From: Octopus sinensis
Taxonomy: Eukaryota
Assembly (NCBI RefSeq): GCF_006345805.1
Contig: NC_043001.1
Location: 105,524,001-105,588,000, forward strand
DNA length: 64,000 bases
Reading direction: 5' to 3'
A program made the translations under genes and the position numbers. Below the pieces are notes generated by a model, which was not told where the DNA came from, did no database searches, and saw only the letters and a program-made list of their open reading frames with translations. Below, piece by piece: positions 13,462 through 27,063 of the stretch. Each line of letters opens with the position of its first letter. Position 1 is the stretch's first letter.

Positions 13462-13660
13462 GATATTTCGAATGCCGTTATGTTCTGAGTTCAAATTCCG
13501 GCGAGGTCAGGTGACTCTGCTTTTCATCGTTTCAGGGTCGATTGAATGAATAAGTACCAGTTACGCATTGAGGTCGATGTAATCGACTTATTGCCAAAAT
13601 CTGTCCTTGTTTGTCTCCTCTATCTTTATCCACTCCACCCCCGTGGTCAATAAACAAATA
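13462..13660 (+). mobile_element. SINE family B, 5'-truncated
   Basis: gttctgagttcaaattcc...ttttcatcgtttcagggtcga...aagtaccagttacgcattgaggtcgatgtaatcgactta. Confidence 0.8.
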
Positions 13661-13782
13661 AAAGTTTATCATATATATTCAGTGTACAAAAGCTAGTTTA
13701 ATACAGACAACTTACAGAACACTAATATAAGATCTCTTTAGCCAAACTGAAAATATGTACTGGACCAAGAGAATATAAAAAG

Positions 13783-14045
13783 AGCAAGAGCACTCAGAGT
13801 GCGCAAACCTCTGCCAAGTCAACACCAACGCCCTCTCAACGATTAGCCGGAGATGACTTTTCAAATGAGAATATCTGAAATAAACTCAAGTACTCTCACA
13901 AACAAGAATACTGAAAATGAACCCGACCGCTCTCAAAAATTAAGTAAAAAATCTGGAAAAAATAATGCAGAATCCTTGTCTGGTACCGGATCGATCCCAA
14001 ATTCTAATTAGTTCGCATCAGTCATGAGGCCAAACAGAGACAATG
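13783..14045 (+). mobile_element. Truncated non-autonomous Helitron-like repeat
   Basis: caagagcactcagagtgcgcaaacctctgcc start and ccggatcgatcccaaattctaattagttc internal motif. Class assignment is from memory only. Confidence 0.35.
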
Positions 14046-14841
14046 AAAAAAAAATGATAGATTTCAGCTGTTCAGCATGGCGAATATATTATATATACAT
14101 ACATGTATATCTATTTATTTTCGACACAATACGGATGTTGGTCCATAGAAGCAATCGTGTTTATATCCTTAACAGATGCTAACAGTCCGTTTCGGCTGAC
14201 AGAATTGCCATACCACGTGATGTAGCCCTTTCCCCGGCTTCTCAGTGACAGACGTCTAGCGCAAGCGTGTCAGCGATTTAGACACGGGTGGTTTTATGCA
14301 TCGCGAATATATATGACAGGTCAGCTCCTGGTAAGTAACGCAGTATAGTGTGTTCCAACAGAACATCCTCTATGCTAGGTTTTGGTGTTAATACTGCCAG
14401 TATCACAATTGCAGATAGATAGATAGATGTTTATTTTATAGCTATCAGTAATATTTCACTAGTTCTTATTTACTTTTTGGGGGTGTCCCTCTCTTTTATT
14501 TTATTTTCCATATCAGGGTTTTAATTCAATTTTGATTAGCTCACAATGTTTGGTTTCACCATTACTGTCAGTCATTTTCCATCCGACAGATTCTCGTTGT
14601 TTACCAAAAACGCAGTGACCTAGCCAAAGATTTTAAAAAGTTTATTCGACTAAACAACAACGTACGCATATTTTATATTGTATACCGTTTATGAATAATA
14701 TAATTTAAACTAGAGTGTTGTTGTAAATACGCACAACTATCTAAGAATAATCTGAAAATGTGGTACATGAAAATGTCAGTGATGTTTTGCAATCTTTTTA
14801 AGTTTCAATATATATATATACATACATATACATACATATAA

Positions 14842-14918
<77 letters not shown>

Positions 14919-15707
14919 GTGTGTATGCATGTATGTGTGTGTGTATGTATGTACACCTATGCACGTATAGGGGTATGGATATGGTCGGTAAAATGACGGA
15001 TACATAGAGGAAATTGAAAGCAAAGAAACTAATACAATGAATCTCCTTTTTTTCAAACAGATTTGATCAGAAATTTCGGTAAACTTCAAAGCACATTGAT
15101 TGCTTCCATGCTAGGTTTTTTACCAGAAAACATCGTGCAGCAAGAGAGTGAACTAATTACTAACTAATTATTGATACAGAAATACTTTCTTATTGTTGCG
15201 GTAATTAAGAGGGGAAAGTTATTGATATTTTCAATTATTCATAATTTGTTTGGGAAAATAAGATAATAAATAAATAATTAAGAACAAGTCATCAAGGTGT
15301 ACAAATAAATGCATAAACATGATGACAATTCAGATACTGAAACCTGACTTTGAGAAACAAATGAACAAGCTAATGATAAAATAAGTCGTGATAACGTTAT
15401 AAATTTGCATTAGGACGGCAACACGTACTCTGAAATTACGCGCTATTTTGTATGCAGGCATTGGTAGAACCGAGATTATGGCGGACGATAGCAGTGTGTA
15501 GCGTTACTCGGATCGAGATTAATGGAAGCTAAATTACTTTGAACATGCAGCCAAATATGCACATATCAACTGTACTCGAACGCAAAGATTATGCTCCCAA
15601 ATTCAACAACCTACGTATCCAGACACACACGCGAACACATATAAGCGTCCACACATATATACATATGTACATAAATGTACTCACGCATGCGTACATAAAT
15701 ACCCACA

Positions 15708-15857
15708 GGTGGAACATTGCTATTGAGAGAAACGGTTACTATGTTGAGAAGTAAGGATGTGATGCACAGAGGACCAGCTTCATTTTGATGTATGATACGT
15801 GTTCCTGTGTTGGTAATTATACCTGTCCTAAATATAGTGGCATTACTTTTTGACTCA
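15708..15857 (+). mobile_element. Mariner 3'-end fragment (same family as 54964-55517)
   Basis: ggaacattgctattgagagaaacggttactatgttgagaagtaag...ggcattactttttgactca matches 55365-55511. Confidence 0.85.
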
Positions 15858-15871
15858 TATTTCTACATATT

Positions 15872-15941
<70 letters not shown>

Positions 15942-16253
15942 GTAGAAGAGAAAGAAAGAGAGAGAGAGAGAGAGATGTAGATATAAATATATACGTCGCT
16001 GTCTCTTTCTCTCTCTCACTGTATAATTTACATAATATATATAATATATATATATATATAATTTATATAATATATAATATACATATACATACGTATATAT
16101 ATATATGTATAATTTATATAATATACATAATATGCATTTATATATATATAATATAAATATATATAATTTATGTACTATATATAATATACGTATATATATG
16201 ATATACATACATATATATATACATATATATACAATTTACATAATATATGCAAT

Positions 16254-16292
<39 letters not shown>

Positions 16293-16996
16293 AGTATATA
16301 TACATATATACACAAGTGTATATATATGCATGCATGTATGTTTAAGTGTGTGAGTATGCCTGTATGTATCTGTGTATCTGTGTGTTTGTGTCCTTGTCCG
16401 GAAATATATCCTTTTAATGATTGTAACATTGTCTTAGTGATATGCAAGTGTGATTTCAACGGATCGAACCCCTAATAATATTTCTCATTATCCGAGTAAC
16501 AATGCTGCGGTACGACAAAAGACCCGCCTGTAAATATCATAAGTTCATTGTCAAGCTTTAAATGCTGCCGCTTTCTACCGTTCATCGTCGTTATTCTCAA
16601 CGTCACAATCGTTAACAACACACTTGCTCTCCTCCACCTCCTCTGCCTTCTCCTTCTTCTTCTCATCATCATCGTTAGCAACTGAAGCTTCTTGTTCTTG
16701 TTCTTGTCTCTAACAAACATCCTATATCTAGTTAAGTCTGAATTTTCCAACAAAATGTATTTTTTACACTATTATACCACTACTGGTAGTAACCCCACAC
16801 CCATTACTTTTCTGACACTACATCCAAAACACCAGCCGAATATATATCAGCTGACCGCTCCTGAAAACGTATACGCTGATCATGCTGACCATTATGACCT
16901 TCATGTAGAAATAAAATCATACTCTTTCTATAATTATCACCCCTTTTTCATTTAACTTTTACTCAACTTTATATATGATAATAATAAACGTTAACA

Positions 16997-17025
16997 TTAT
17001 CTATCTATTCATCTATCTATCTATC

Positions 17026-17094
<69 letters not shown>

Positions 17095-17099
17095 CATAC

Positions 17100-17157
<58 letters not shown>

Positions 17158-17170
17158 GTCTGTCTATCTA
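16997..17170. repeat. (TATC)n microsatellite
   Basis: Direct reading. Confidence 0.95.
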
Positions 17171-17961
17171 TCTGTCTGTGTGTCTATATATCTATCTATT
17201 TCTATATATCTAGCTCCCTCTTTATATACACACCTCTAGCTATGTATTTGTATGTATGTCTGTATCTATGTTTATATAATGTGATTTAATTTAGTATATT
17301 AAATGTGAGAAAGTAGGTTAATGCTGAAAGCAGAAGTAAAGGCAATATGTAACATGTCGTACACGTTGTATTTATAAGGTATATTCTTTATAGGAGCTGC
17401 TGATTTCTAAAAATTATGCCATTAATTTTCAGTGTTTGCTAGTTAATATTAGCAGCGACATAAATAAGCAACATCAAGTAATGTATGGTGTTTACGTTTG
17501 AAAACTATAGCTATTTATCACCAGGTTTACTGATGTTCTGACATTAATGTCTAAACACAACACTTTGTCCCAATGGCTGAACATTTCTGAAATATTCCGC
17601 CATCACTGTAATAAATAATTCTATGATTAAGGCTATGGTTCTATTTTAATTAGATTTCATCAAAGTGCCTCTTTATTTCTCAATCTTAAAAGAAACCGGG
17701 ATACTAACCAAAACTCTCTTTATTCCTATTTTATGCAGTAACACTACACAACTAACCAGAACAAACAGACATGACGGCAACTTAAAAAGAAATGGCTGTC
17801 AAACAAAGTCGATGCAGCTTTACCGGAATCAATTATCGCTTCCACTGGTTTTCGTATATCATGTAAACATATGCAGCAGACTTCAGCAGGACTTATGCTT
17901 TTCCGAATGAACGTTACTTTAGAGAATACGCTTATTTACATATATATACATATATATATAT

Positions 17962-18003
<42 letters not shown>

Positions 18004-18116
18004 TATATATAACGTAAAATACCTGTTTTATTTATATTCCTCAGCGCCATACTAATACAATTGTTTGTTTGTACTCCACCTGCCTTCGTATTTTGTTTAT
18101 TTTCATAAAGCTTCCC

Positions 18117-18161
<45 letters not shown>

Positions 18162-19009
18162 ATATGTGTGTGTGTGGTGTGTGTGTGTGTGTATGTGTGT
18201 GTGTGTAATATTGATTATAAGGAAGAGTATGGAGACTTATACATCTACAAATTTTATTTTATAGTTATATACACCATATTATAATGACCGACACCGCAGC
18301 AACATTTGAGTTTGATATAACAAACAGAACAGTATAATCGAAACACAATTAAAAAAAATTTAATAACCCTCATTAATAAAAGAAATCATATACCATACAC
18401 AATATACGACACAAGTAATGAGCATCGCAACCAAACAATGAATGTAAACAAAAGAGAATTCGTCAATAGAAGCATTGCACTTGAAATCAAAAATTACACT
18501 CACACAACCATTAAACCGAACAAAGAACCTTATAAAGACAATAATCTCGACGTTAACTTATTTAAAGACCAAGCTGTAACTTCGGAGAGCGACTAGGGTG
18601 AGGTTGTGGCCAACAGCGCATACCTAGTTATAACAATACCACCGTATCCCACCCAACACTAATAAAATTTTACTTAGTTCCTTCGAGGATGACCAAATGG
18701 ACGGACACTGATGAAGCTGCACTGACATTATTGTAAGGTTGGATTTGCAACAAGGATTATTCACTGCAGCAGAAACATGTGCAGCTCATTATAGTAAATT
18801 GTATATAATCATAAAATATATTTTGTGGATGTACAAGTCTATATAATATTTATTATTATTAATATCAATATACACTCCAGACTATTTTTACTGTACAGCA
18901 AAGAGAACAAAGAATTACTCATGGGAAGGATGCACTGAGTGCCTAACGACTAAATGTAGTCGCAAACGTTACATGTTGATCGTTGTGGTTAACCGTTAAC
19001 TCTCATATC

Positions 19010-19057
19010 GTCTCTGACGAAGCGATATCCCTAATATCCCAGAAACAGGTGTAAGAC
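19010..19057 (+). ncRNA. Minimal type I hammerhead ribozyme motif (left arm)
   Basis: GTCT-CTGACGA-a-gcGATAT(cccta)ATATCcc-a-GAAAC-aggt-GTA-AGAC. Core CUGANGA/GAAA, GUA triplet, and stem I GTCT/AGAC are all present. Confidence 0.6.
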
Positions 19058-19256
19058 TACCTTTCTCTTTATAAATGTCCTGCAGATTCCACACAGCTTT
19101 GGATTTCTTGTCCTTTTTATTTAACATATACATTCTCATAAAGACCCGCATTAGACTCCTCATTCACATCATTATCGAACCAAGATTCTAACTACGGTCC
19201 TCCCATACCACCTACATAGCCTCACCTGACATCTTGGGTCTTCTGGATTCCAATGC

Positions 19257-19332
<76 letters not shown>

Positions 19333-19352
19333 ACGGGAATCTCTCTGTATAA

Positions 19353-19403
<51 letters not shown>

Positions 19404-19487
19404 TGTGTGTGCGTGCGTGTTACGTAACATGAGATAACAAAGCCAAGACTGTGTGGAATATTCAGGACATTTATAAAGAGAAAGTTA

Positions 19488-19535
19488 GACTCACAGCTGT
19501 TTCTGGGATATTAGGGATATCCCTTCATCAGAGAC
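19488..19535 (-). ncRNA. Minimal type I hammerhead ribozyme motif (right arm), triplet mutated to GUG
   Basis: GTCT-CTGATGA-a-GGGATAT(cccta)ATATCCC-a-GAAAC-agct-GTG-agtc. Perfect 7-bp stem II; palindromic ACAGCTGT. Confidence 0.55.
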
Positions 19536-19755
19536 GATTGAGATGGTAATATAAAGGGAAATATTAGAGATCAGTATGAGGGGTTATTTTGGAAGAGGAA
19601 GCAAATAAGGAGTATAGAGGGAAATAGGAGAATGAATGGAGAAATAAAAATGAAAATGTATAAAGATTTTATAGTTGCAGTTCCATTATTCAAGGAAAGT
19701 GGGGTTTTGGGAGTGGTAGAAATGCTTCCTGTCCGTGGTATGAAATTCCAATAGC

Positions 19756-19787
<32 letters not shown>

Positions 19788-19848
19788 AGTAAGAATTTGT
19801 GTAAACAACAAACAGATGTATTAGTTTAACGCTAGGGAAGTAAGAAAG

Positions 19849-19887
19849 TCCTTTACGTTTCGAGCCTTTAATCTTCGGCAGAAAGGA
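19849..19887 (-). ncRNA. Degenerate minimal hammerhead-like motif
   Basis: CCTTT-CTGCCGA-a-gattaaaggctc-GAAAC-GTA-AAGG. A6 mutated and stem II decayed. Confidence 0.35.
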
Positions 19888-19921
19888 ACACAGAAATAGA
19901 CAGGGAGTGTCCAAGAAAAGT

Positions 19922-19963
<42 letters not shown>

Positions 19964-20033
19964 AAGAGAGGGAGAGAGAGAGATCCATCGGACAAGCATG
20001 CATATACCCATTACTTAATGGCTTTAAACTTAC

Positions 20034-20113
20034 TCTGCTCGATTTCAAGAAATGTCTTTCGTCGTTGCAAAAGTTCCATTCAGGAAAACCTGGAACCGAT
20101 TCTGTGAAGCGTC
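20034..20113 (-). other. Candidate 80-nt coding exon (x)RFTESVPGFPEWNFCNDERHFLKSSR
   Basis: Strong acceptor ttttcgcttgtaatgtttaacttattctgcag and GTAAGT donor; only one of three frames is open. Peptide resembles the nuclear-receptor LBD signature F..(S)IPGF......DQ..LLK. Confidence 0.35.
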
Positions 20114-23100
20114 CTGCAGAATAAGTTAAACATTACAAGCGAAAAGGTTATTCTTGTTATATATTTCATCATATATTGATTCAGCTTGCGTTTTGTATTA
20201 ATAATGCACATCTCCGTAAAATGTTTCATCGCTTACATTTTACTTCAATATATAGGATGGTCATTTGATCTTTGTGGTGTGCTTATGTTGAAAACTAACT
20301 GATATTCGTTGCAATGGTCATGTTTCCTCCACCGTCAATTATTCACGTCTGCAGATGGGCAGCAATATATTAATTTTATCTTTAGAATATCTACAATAAC
20401 CGTTTCAGTAAAATGCAAATTATGTTTCCATACATTTTCATTTTTCTTCATGCACAATCTGATTAATTTATTATCACTGCCAGATCTTTTGCTAAATCTA
20501 GATTCATCACTAACTCTACCATGCACTGATTAATGAATAGCATACCATATACTACATATCCATTTCATTTCTATCTCATAATTTAAATATCCATAATATC
20601 GAACAATTAATTTGAAATGAATTATAATAACAATGCCATGGTGAATACATGTCTCTGACTTTAAAAAAATATTACGCACTTATATACCTACAAATAATTC
20701 CTTTCTCATAGCACAAATATGGCCACAATGAACCTCCGCTGTATATATCTCTAATGTGTGCCAAGGCAAAATGTAAAAATTATCAACAATGCGCTTTCCC
20801 AGAGAATTTCTGCATTTGGGATATCTGAATAATTTTATTAGTTTTATCCACAGTTTCGGGTATTCCGCGCCACAAATTGTCTGGAAGGGAATTGAAAGAC
20901 AGTAAACATTGGATGCGTTCCCAATGAATCTTTTGGTTTGGCAAATCTTATGTCGATCACCTCTACCCAAAGAAACATATTTTTTTTGGTTCCCAGGAAA
21001 TTCAACTATCATGAATAGTCTCATTTTGTAATCCTAGATGAAGAAAACTTGGAATCCCTTTTTCAACATTTTGTTTAGTAGTTGCCGACACAGCGAAATG
21101 AGATGCAGTGAATGTTTTCACAAATATTAAAATTCCTATCAAGTTACAAATCATAATAACATGTGAAAAACGGTAAGTGGTCTTTTATATATTGCATAAA
21201 TATATGAATAATTCACAATCAGTCCTTTACCTATAATTAAAATGCTTACTGATTCTAAATTTTCTTGATCTTCAACCTGTGTACTGACGGGAGATGAAAT
21301 AAACGATGCAAAAATGTGAAGTAAGCGCTGTTAGTCAAGTCTGTTTTCAATTGTTTCGGTAAATGATTTATGATCGAAATGACCAACGATTCCTCTGTGA
21401 TAAACCCTTTTCACAATTCGTTTACGTAGGCTGTGTAAGATAATGTTTTTAGACGATAGGGAATGCTTTTATGTATTGAATCAAGATGTTCGTTATCACG
21501 AGATCTAGTCATCACAGAGAGGGTCCCTTATTGTATCTAAGTCCCTAATTTGATTTTATAATAGCAGAAAGACCTAGAAAATATTTACGAACCGATGACA
21601 GATCCACATCTCGATTTATTGGGCAATAAATATATCCAAACGGTGCTTCCAAAATTCAATATAGCTATCTTGATTGAACTCAAAACGCTCTTCAGAATGA
21701 CAAATGATATAGGCACTACAGGTAATGTAATGTAACCTCTTTACAATGATGAAAAAAAAGGTACTGTATTACTCATGTTTTTTTGGAATTTTCCGAAATG
21801 TCAGTTTGAAAAGAACATACTATTTACAAACGTTGTCAATTGTAAATTGCTATCAATATTCTTCTTGCAATACCTTTTGAGCTGCCGCAATGTTGGTAAC
21901 AACGTTTCTTTTATATTAGTTTTTTTCTATTGTGAGTTTCTCATCGTAAACTGAAACTAAGATAGGCAAATGTTTTCTCAACGGCTGTATGATGGTTGTG
22001 GGTGATGGGTTGAAATACGTAGCTGGATAAAGTGACTCCTGATATTGTTATGTACTTTTGGGGGGTTACCGTTCAAATCTATTTCAGTGATGATAAAATA
22101 AGGAATAATTGTGTACTAGATCGATAGAGTTTTGTTTTGTTGATAGTTTTCAAGTAACAAAAAAAAAAAATTAAAATTAAATTTTCATAACGTAACTTTG
22201 TTTTCATCTATAATTCTTTCCTTTATATATTATATGCAGATTCATTTGACAATGAATTTCTGTTAGACCTAAACGCTGTGTGTGAAAGTGCTTTCAGGAA
22301 TAGCGACTTCAGAGGTTATAAAGAATATTTGCTGAATATACATTCATCCATATGACACAAAGCAATACACCTTCCATAATCTCTGACAAAATATATATTC
22401 ATATATTAACGACCAGTTTAAAGGTAAACGACATGATTCCTTTTATCTTTCATTGCATAGTTTTAAACTTTTCACTCAGACGGAAGTTTTCAGCTTATTT
22501 TTCTAAATATTCATATTTCTTTATTGCTACGAATGTTAAAACAGTTATATTTACATACGCTACACGAACCACCGTGGAAGGTTTCTATTTATTATCAATA
22601 ACGTCAGAAAGTGAGACAATGGCTTAGATATTATTTAAAGTTTCAACGATATTTAACGTTCATTAATATTAAACATTTTGGTTCCTTGCTAAGAATCGAT
22701 CTCCAGCAGCATTAATAATCTACCTCTGCATTCTATTAAAATCGAAAAGGTGGTAGCTCTGAAGCAGATTATGATTGGTGAAGAAAGAATAGGAAACACG
22801 TAAATTCAATTGTAACTTGTTTCTGATTTAACTGTCAATTACTGGCGTTAAATAGAAATGTAGAAAAAAAAAAAATTAAATGTGTGAGACTTGCCGAGTA
22901 AATGGATACAATCGGCTAAAGATAGATTTGCAGTTCGAATTCAAAATGGTTTTTTGCTTAACTCAACCGGAATCGAAACTATAGCGCACAAACAACACTG
23001 CATTATTACTTACGTTTAAATGGCTGCAGTACAATGTACAATACGTCATTGCTTTCTCAGATTACGTATTGACCTGCTACCAAAATACAATTGAAGCAAA

Positions 23101-23418
23101 TTATCAAAGACTAAACGGGCGTGTGTTAGTTTAATTCTTCGGCGGAGAGAGTTGTCAGTTCATTTAACAAATAATTTAGACTCTAGTTTTTATATCTTCA
23201 CAGAAGATGAGATGGTATATTATTGATAAATTTTTAATGAGCAGTAATAGACTAAATCTGTTACGTAAAATTTAAAAAGGACTGAATATATAAAATGAAT
23301 GGTATTAGCAAAGCTGAGCTTTTTAATTTTGTAATCATTAGAGGAGTTCTTTGATAAGCACAATATGTAATAACAAAATGGTTGCAAAGTATTACATTTT
23401 AGGAATAATTTAAATATT

Positions 23419-23647
23419 TTTTTTTGCCCACAAGGGGCTAAACATAGAAGGGACAAACAAGGGCAGACAAACGGATTAAGTCGATTACATCGACCCCAGT
23501 ACGTAACTAGTACTTAATTTATCGACCCCGAAAGGATGAAAGGCAAACTCGACCTCGACGGAATTTCAACTCAGAAAGTAGCAACATACGAAATTCTGCT
23601 GAGCATTTCGCCCGACGTGCTAACGTTTCTGACAGCTCGCCGACCTT
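23419..23647 (-). mobile_element. SINE family B, full length
   Basis: Minus strand ggcgagctgtcagaaacgttagcacgtcgggcgaaatgc...ctgagttgaaattccgtcgaggtcgag...tttagccccttgtgggc; tRNA-like A/B box head. Confidence 0.9.
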
Positions 23648-24165
23648 GGAATACTTTAACTATGTATTACTCGAAAAGACAGGAGACAGATTCAGTTAGT
23701 GACTTTTTTTTCCTCATCGGTGAAATTAAGTGAAATGTGTGATAACATGAATCAAGAGACGTGTGACCCTCAGAAAATATTTCTTTCCAATTGCATCAGC
23801 AGATTAGACCAAAGTTAATAGGTTTTAAATTTTGTTAATGTGTACGTATTAGCTTCAATTCATTGTTCCTATTATCTCTGTTATAATATTACTAGACTAG
23901 GAATACTTCATTAACCATCCATTTATTTATGCATATTCAAACCGAATTAATATTTAATAAGAATTAAAAAGCACCACATCTTCAGGCAATGTATTACTGA
24001 AATTGGTTAATTACAACTATGAAACTAACATTATTTTAAATAACTTATTTTATGATATCAACATAAAATACTTTTAAAATACATTTAAATCCGTATTTCA
24101 AAATACTTGATTCGGTAAAATAGAATGCAGACTTTATTATCAAATCGGTTCAAATGATATAATAT

Positions 24166-24527
24166 ACATGGTTCCGGGTTCAGTCCCACTGCATGGCATC
24201 TTGTGCAAGTGTCTTCTGCTATAGCCCCGGGCCGACCAATGCCTTGTGAGTGGATTTGGTAGACGGAAACTGAAAGAAGCCTATCGTATATATGTATATA
24301 TATGTATATATGTGTATGTGTGTGTGTTTGTCCCCCTAGCATTGTTTGACAACCGATGCTGGTGTGTTTACGTCCCCATCACCTAGCGGTTCGGCAAAAG
24401 AGACCGATAGAATAAGTACTGGGCTTACAAAAGAATAAGTCCCGTGGTCGAGTTGCTCGACTAAAGGTAGTGCTCCAGCATGGCCGCAGTCAAATGACTG
24501 AAACAAGTAAAAGAGTAAGAGTAAAGC
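24166..24527 (+). mobile_element. SINE family A
   Basis: catggttccgggttcagtcccactgc...gtgctccagcatggccgcagtcaaatgactgaaacaagtaaaagag. Confidence 0.9.
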
Positions 24528-25823
24528 GTATCTCATTTACAATTAATCTATATATGGATATAAAAACTTGGATTATCCCCTATTATACACACCTTTCTAA
24601 TCCATAATATAGTTTTGTGTGTGGTTAGTATATAATTTTTGCTTCGATTGAGCTCCGATTCCTCAAAGCAAATTACTCTTTTGCATCAAATAAAATACTA
24701 GAAATAACAGTCAGACATTTTCAAAACTAAGATCATCAGAATATTCAAAGTTCTCGTTTTCGCTTTCATGTAACATGTTTCTGCAAGTAAGTTATGTTAT
24801 ATTATGATTCATTTTGAATATGCATCTCATATCGAACTGGTTTGTCATGACAAACATTTTTCACAAATCTACTTACATGACAGGAGGCTACAAATTATTA
24901 ATTGATATTTTATGAGGAAATGAGGCTAGCGATGCAAAAAGTCTATATTGGATATAAAATGGGACAAGCAAATGGAGTCCAATGCTGGGAGCAGAGAACA
25001 ACGGTCAAAAATGGGAGAAAGACAAGCATAGATGGTAATAGGAATAGCTAACAATAGATTGAAAAGACAATCATTTCTGCATATATGTGGATTATGAGAT
25101 AACTGAAGCATACTGTAAAACAAAATTGCAAATATTCGTAAAAGTAATCCAATGCTATCTCAGCCGGGGGTAAAATATAGACATTAAACCAATATGACAA
25201 CATTTGCTTAATTATAGAATATTATTAATATTTTCAAAGAAATATGCTTCAAAGCAGTAAATATTCCGACAAACTAATATAAATGTTGCCTTGTCAGTAA
25301 TAATGCTGGAAACACTTTAAGGCAGCTTCTGAAGTTGCGAAAGAGAGATTGCCACGAGCGGTAATAATATTATGGATATTATTTTAAGCAAAATAGGGTT
25401 TCAAGTAGGGAATAATTGGTAATATAATTGGCAGATATATAGAAATGTAAGGTATTTGGGACATAATACATGTTGTGATGGGGAGAGGGGAACGTAATAC
25501 CCCAGCAGCGTCTCTGACAGAAATCCTTATTGCAATGATGAGAGATGGTTATAATCCAGACTGAAAGCCACGGGAGCAGAATTTCATGTTTTCGATGACG
25601 AAACAAATTGCAAAACAAAAAATCCAGTAAGGATTGACGCAGGGTAAAAATAAAATACAAGTCATAAAAATAAGTTCGTCCACCTTTAGAGGATAGAGAA
25701 TTGAAAATATCCTAATCAAAAGTATTTTTTGAGAAACTAGTTATGAACGTAACCAGAACGCAGCCAGACGATTCTATGAGCAAGAAAAGCGCGTTGGTTA
25801 TATATATATTAACTTCATTTAAG

Positions 25824-26180
25824 CACAGGCGTGCGTGTGTAGTAAGACGCTTGCTTCCCAACCACATAGCTTTGGGCTCAGTCGCTATTCTAGTATAGCC
25901 TTGGACGAACTAAAGTCTTGTGAGTGGATCTGGTGGGCGGCAACTGAAGGAAGTCCGTCTTTTATGTAGATATATCAGTGTCTTTAAACTTGTGTTTGAC
26001 AACCAGTGTTTTGGTGTGATTATCTCCCTACAACCTAGCGTTTCAACAAATGGCAGCCATAAAACATTAGCTGGCTCCAGCAAACGAAATAAGTACTGCG
26101 CAACATCCATTCGACTAACAATTCTACCAGTTGTGGCTGCAATCTATTGACCGAAACAAGTAAAAGTTAAAAAGAAGAGA
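25824..26180 (+). mobile_element. SINE family A, diverged
   Basis: gtagtaagacgcttgcttcccaaccacatag...cttgtgagtggat...gaccgaaacaagtaaaag. Confidence 0.75.
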
Positions 26181-26679
26181 TGGAAGATGGTATAAAACAG
26201 TAAACGATAATTAACAAAAGAAGCTGTTTGTTGAAGTAAATATCGTAAACGTATCCAACTCATTCTGCAACGAGTTTCGTTTTATATAAAGATTAATGGT
26301 TTATATAGAATACTTCACAAACGTAATTCAGTTGGAACGAAACATTCTGCTGGCGGTTCATACGCTAGCAAAAGATCATAAATTATAGTAAACAATTTAT
26401 AGGAAATACGAGACACGGCAACATGTACGTTTGTTCCAATCCATCGCAGTTCACCAGATTTAAGAAGATTTCAATATGAAGTAACTCGGTGAAATAAAAC
26501 TAAGTCTCAAACGCTTTAGGCGTAATATCTTCGTATTTCATTTCTATGTAATTGTATTTCGGATATTTTCAACTTAAAAGACAAATCATGATACAACTTA
26601 CGACTACAGATATCAAAAGAACCGCCATTACTATGTATAGAATATCTGTTCTTCACCTTGGTTTTTGATACACGACACT

Positions 26680-26810
26680 CCTTCTTCTTCTTCTTCTTCT
26701 TCTCTTCTTCTTCTTCTTCTTCTTCTTCTTCTCTTCTTCTTCTTCTTCTCTCCTTCCACTTCACCTTTTTCTCGTCCTCCTTTTTGTCCTCCACTTTCTT
26801 CATTTTCTTC

Positions 26811-26843
<33 letters not shown>

Positions 26844-27028
26844 TTCTTTTTCTTCTTCTTCTTCTTCTTCTTCTTCTTCTTCTTCTTCTCTTCTACTTCT
26901 TCCTTTCCTTTCTGTTCTCTTCCTCCCTTTCTTCTTCTTCACCTTTTTCTCCTCCCCCCCACATTCTTCTTTTTCATCTCCTTCATCATCATCATCATCA
27001 TCTTCTTCTTCTTCTTCTTCTTCTTCTT

Positions 27029-27063
<35 letters not shown>

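Larger units (their letters stand above)
19001..19543. mobile_element. Fold-back element with ~100-bp inverted arms and a microsatellite-containing spacer
   Basis: 19001-19105 is the reverse complement of about 19440-19543 (about 85-90% by eye). Confidence 0.85.

Noticed and set aside
14183-14252. Minus-strand ctgagaag...cagccGAAAC resembling a hammerhead
   Set aside because: The core lacks a nucleotide, and stem II and the triplet do not fit.
17760-17900. Minus-frame CCICLHD...CRHVC resembling a RING finger
   Set aside because: The remaining cysteine ligands are missing and there are no good splice sites.
20680-21024. 114-aa minus-strand ORF preceded by a plausible acceptor
   Set aside because: No recognisable domain. 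The only donor that would join it to the 20034 exon candidate creates a stop codon.
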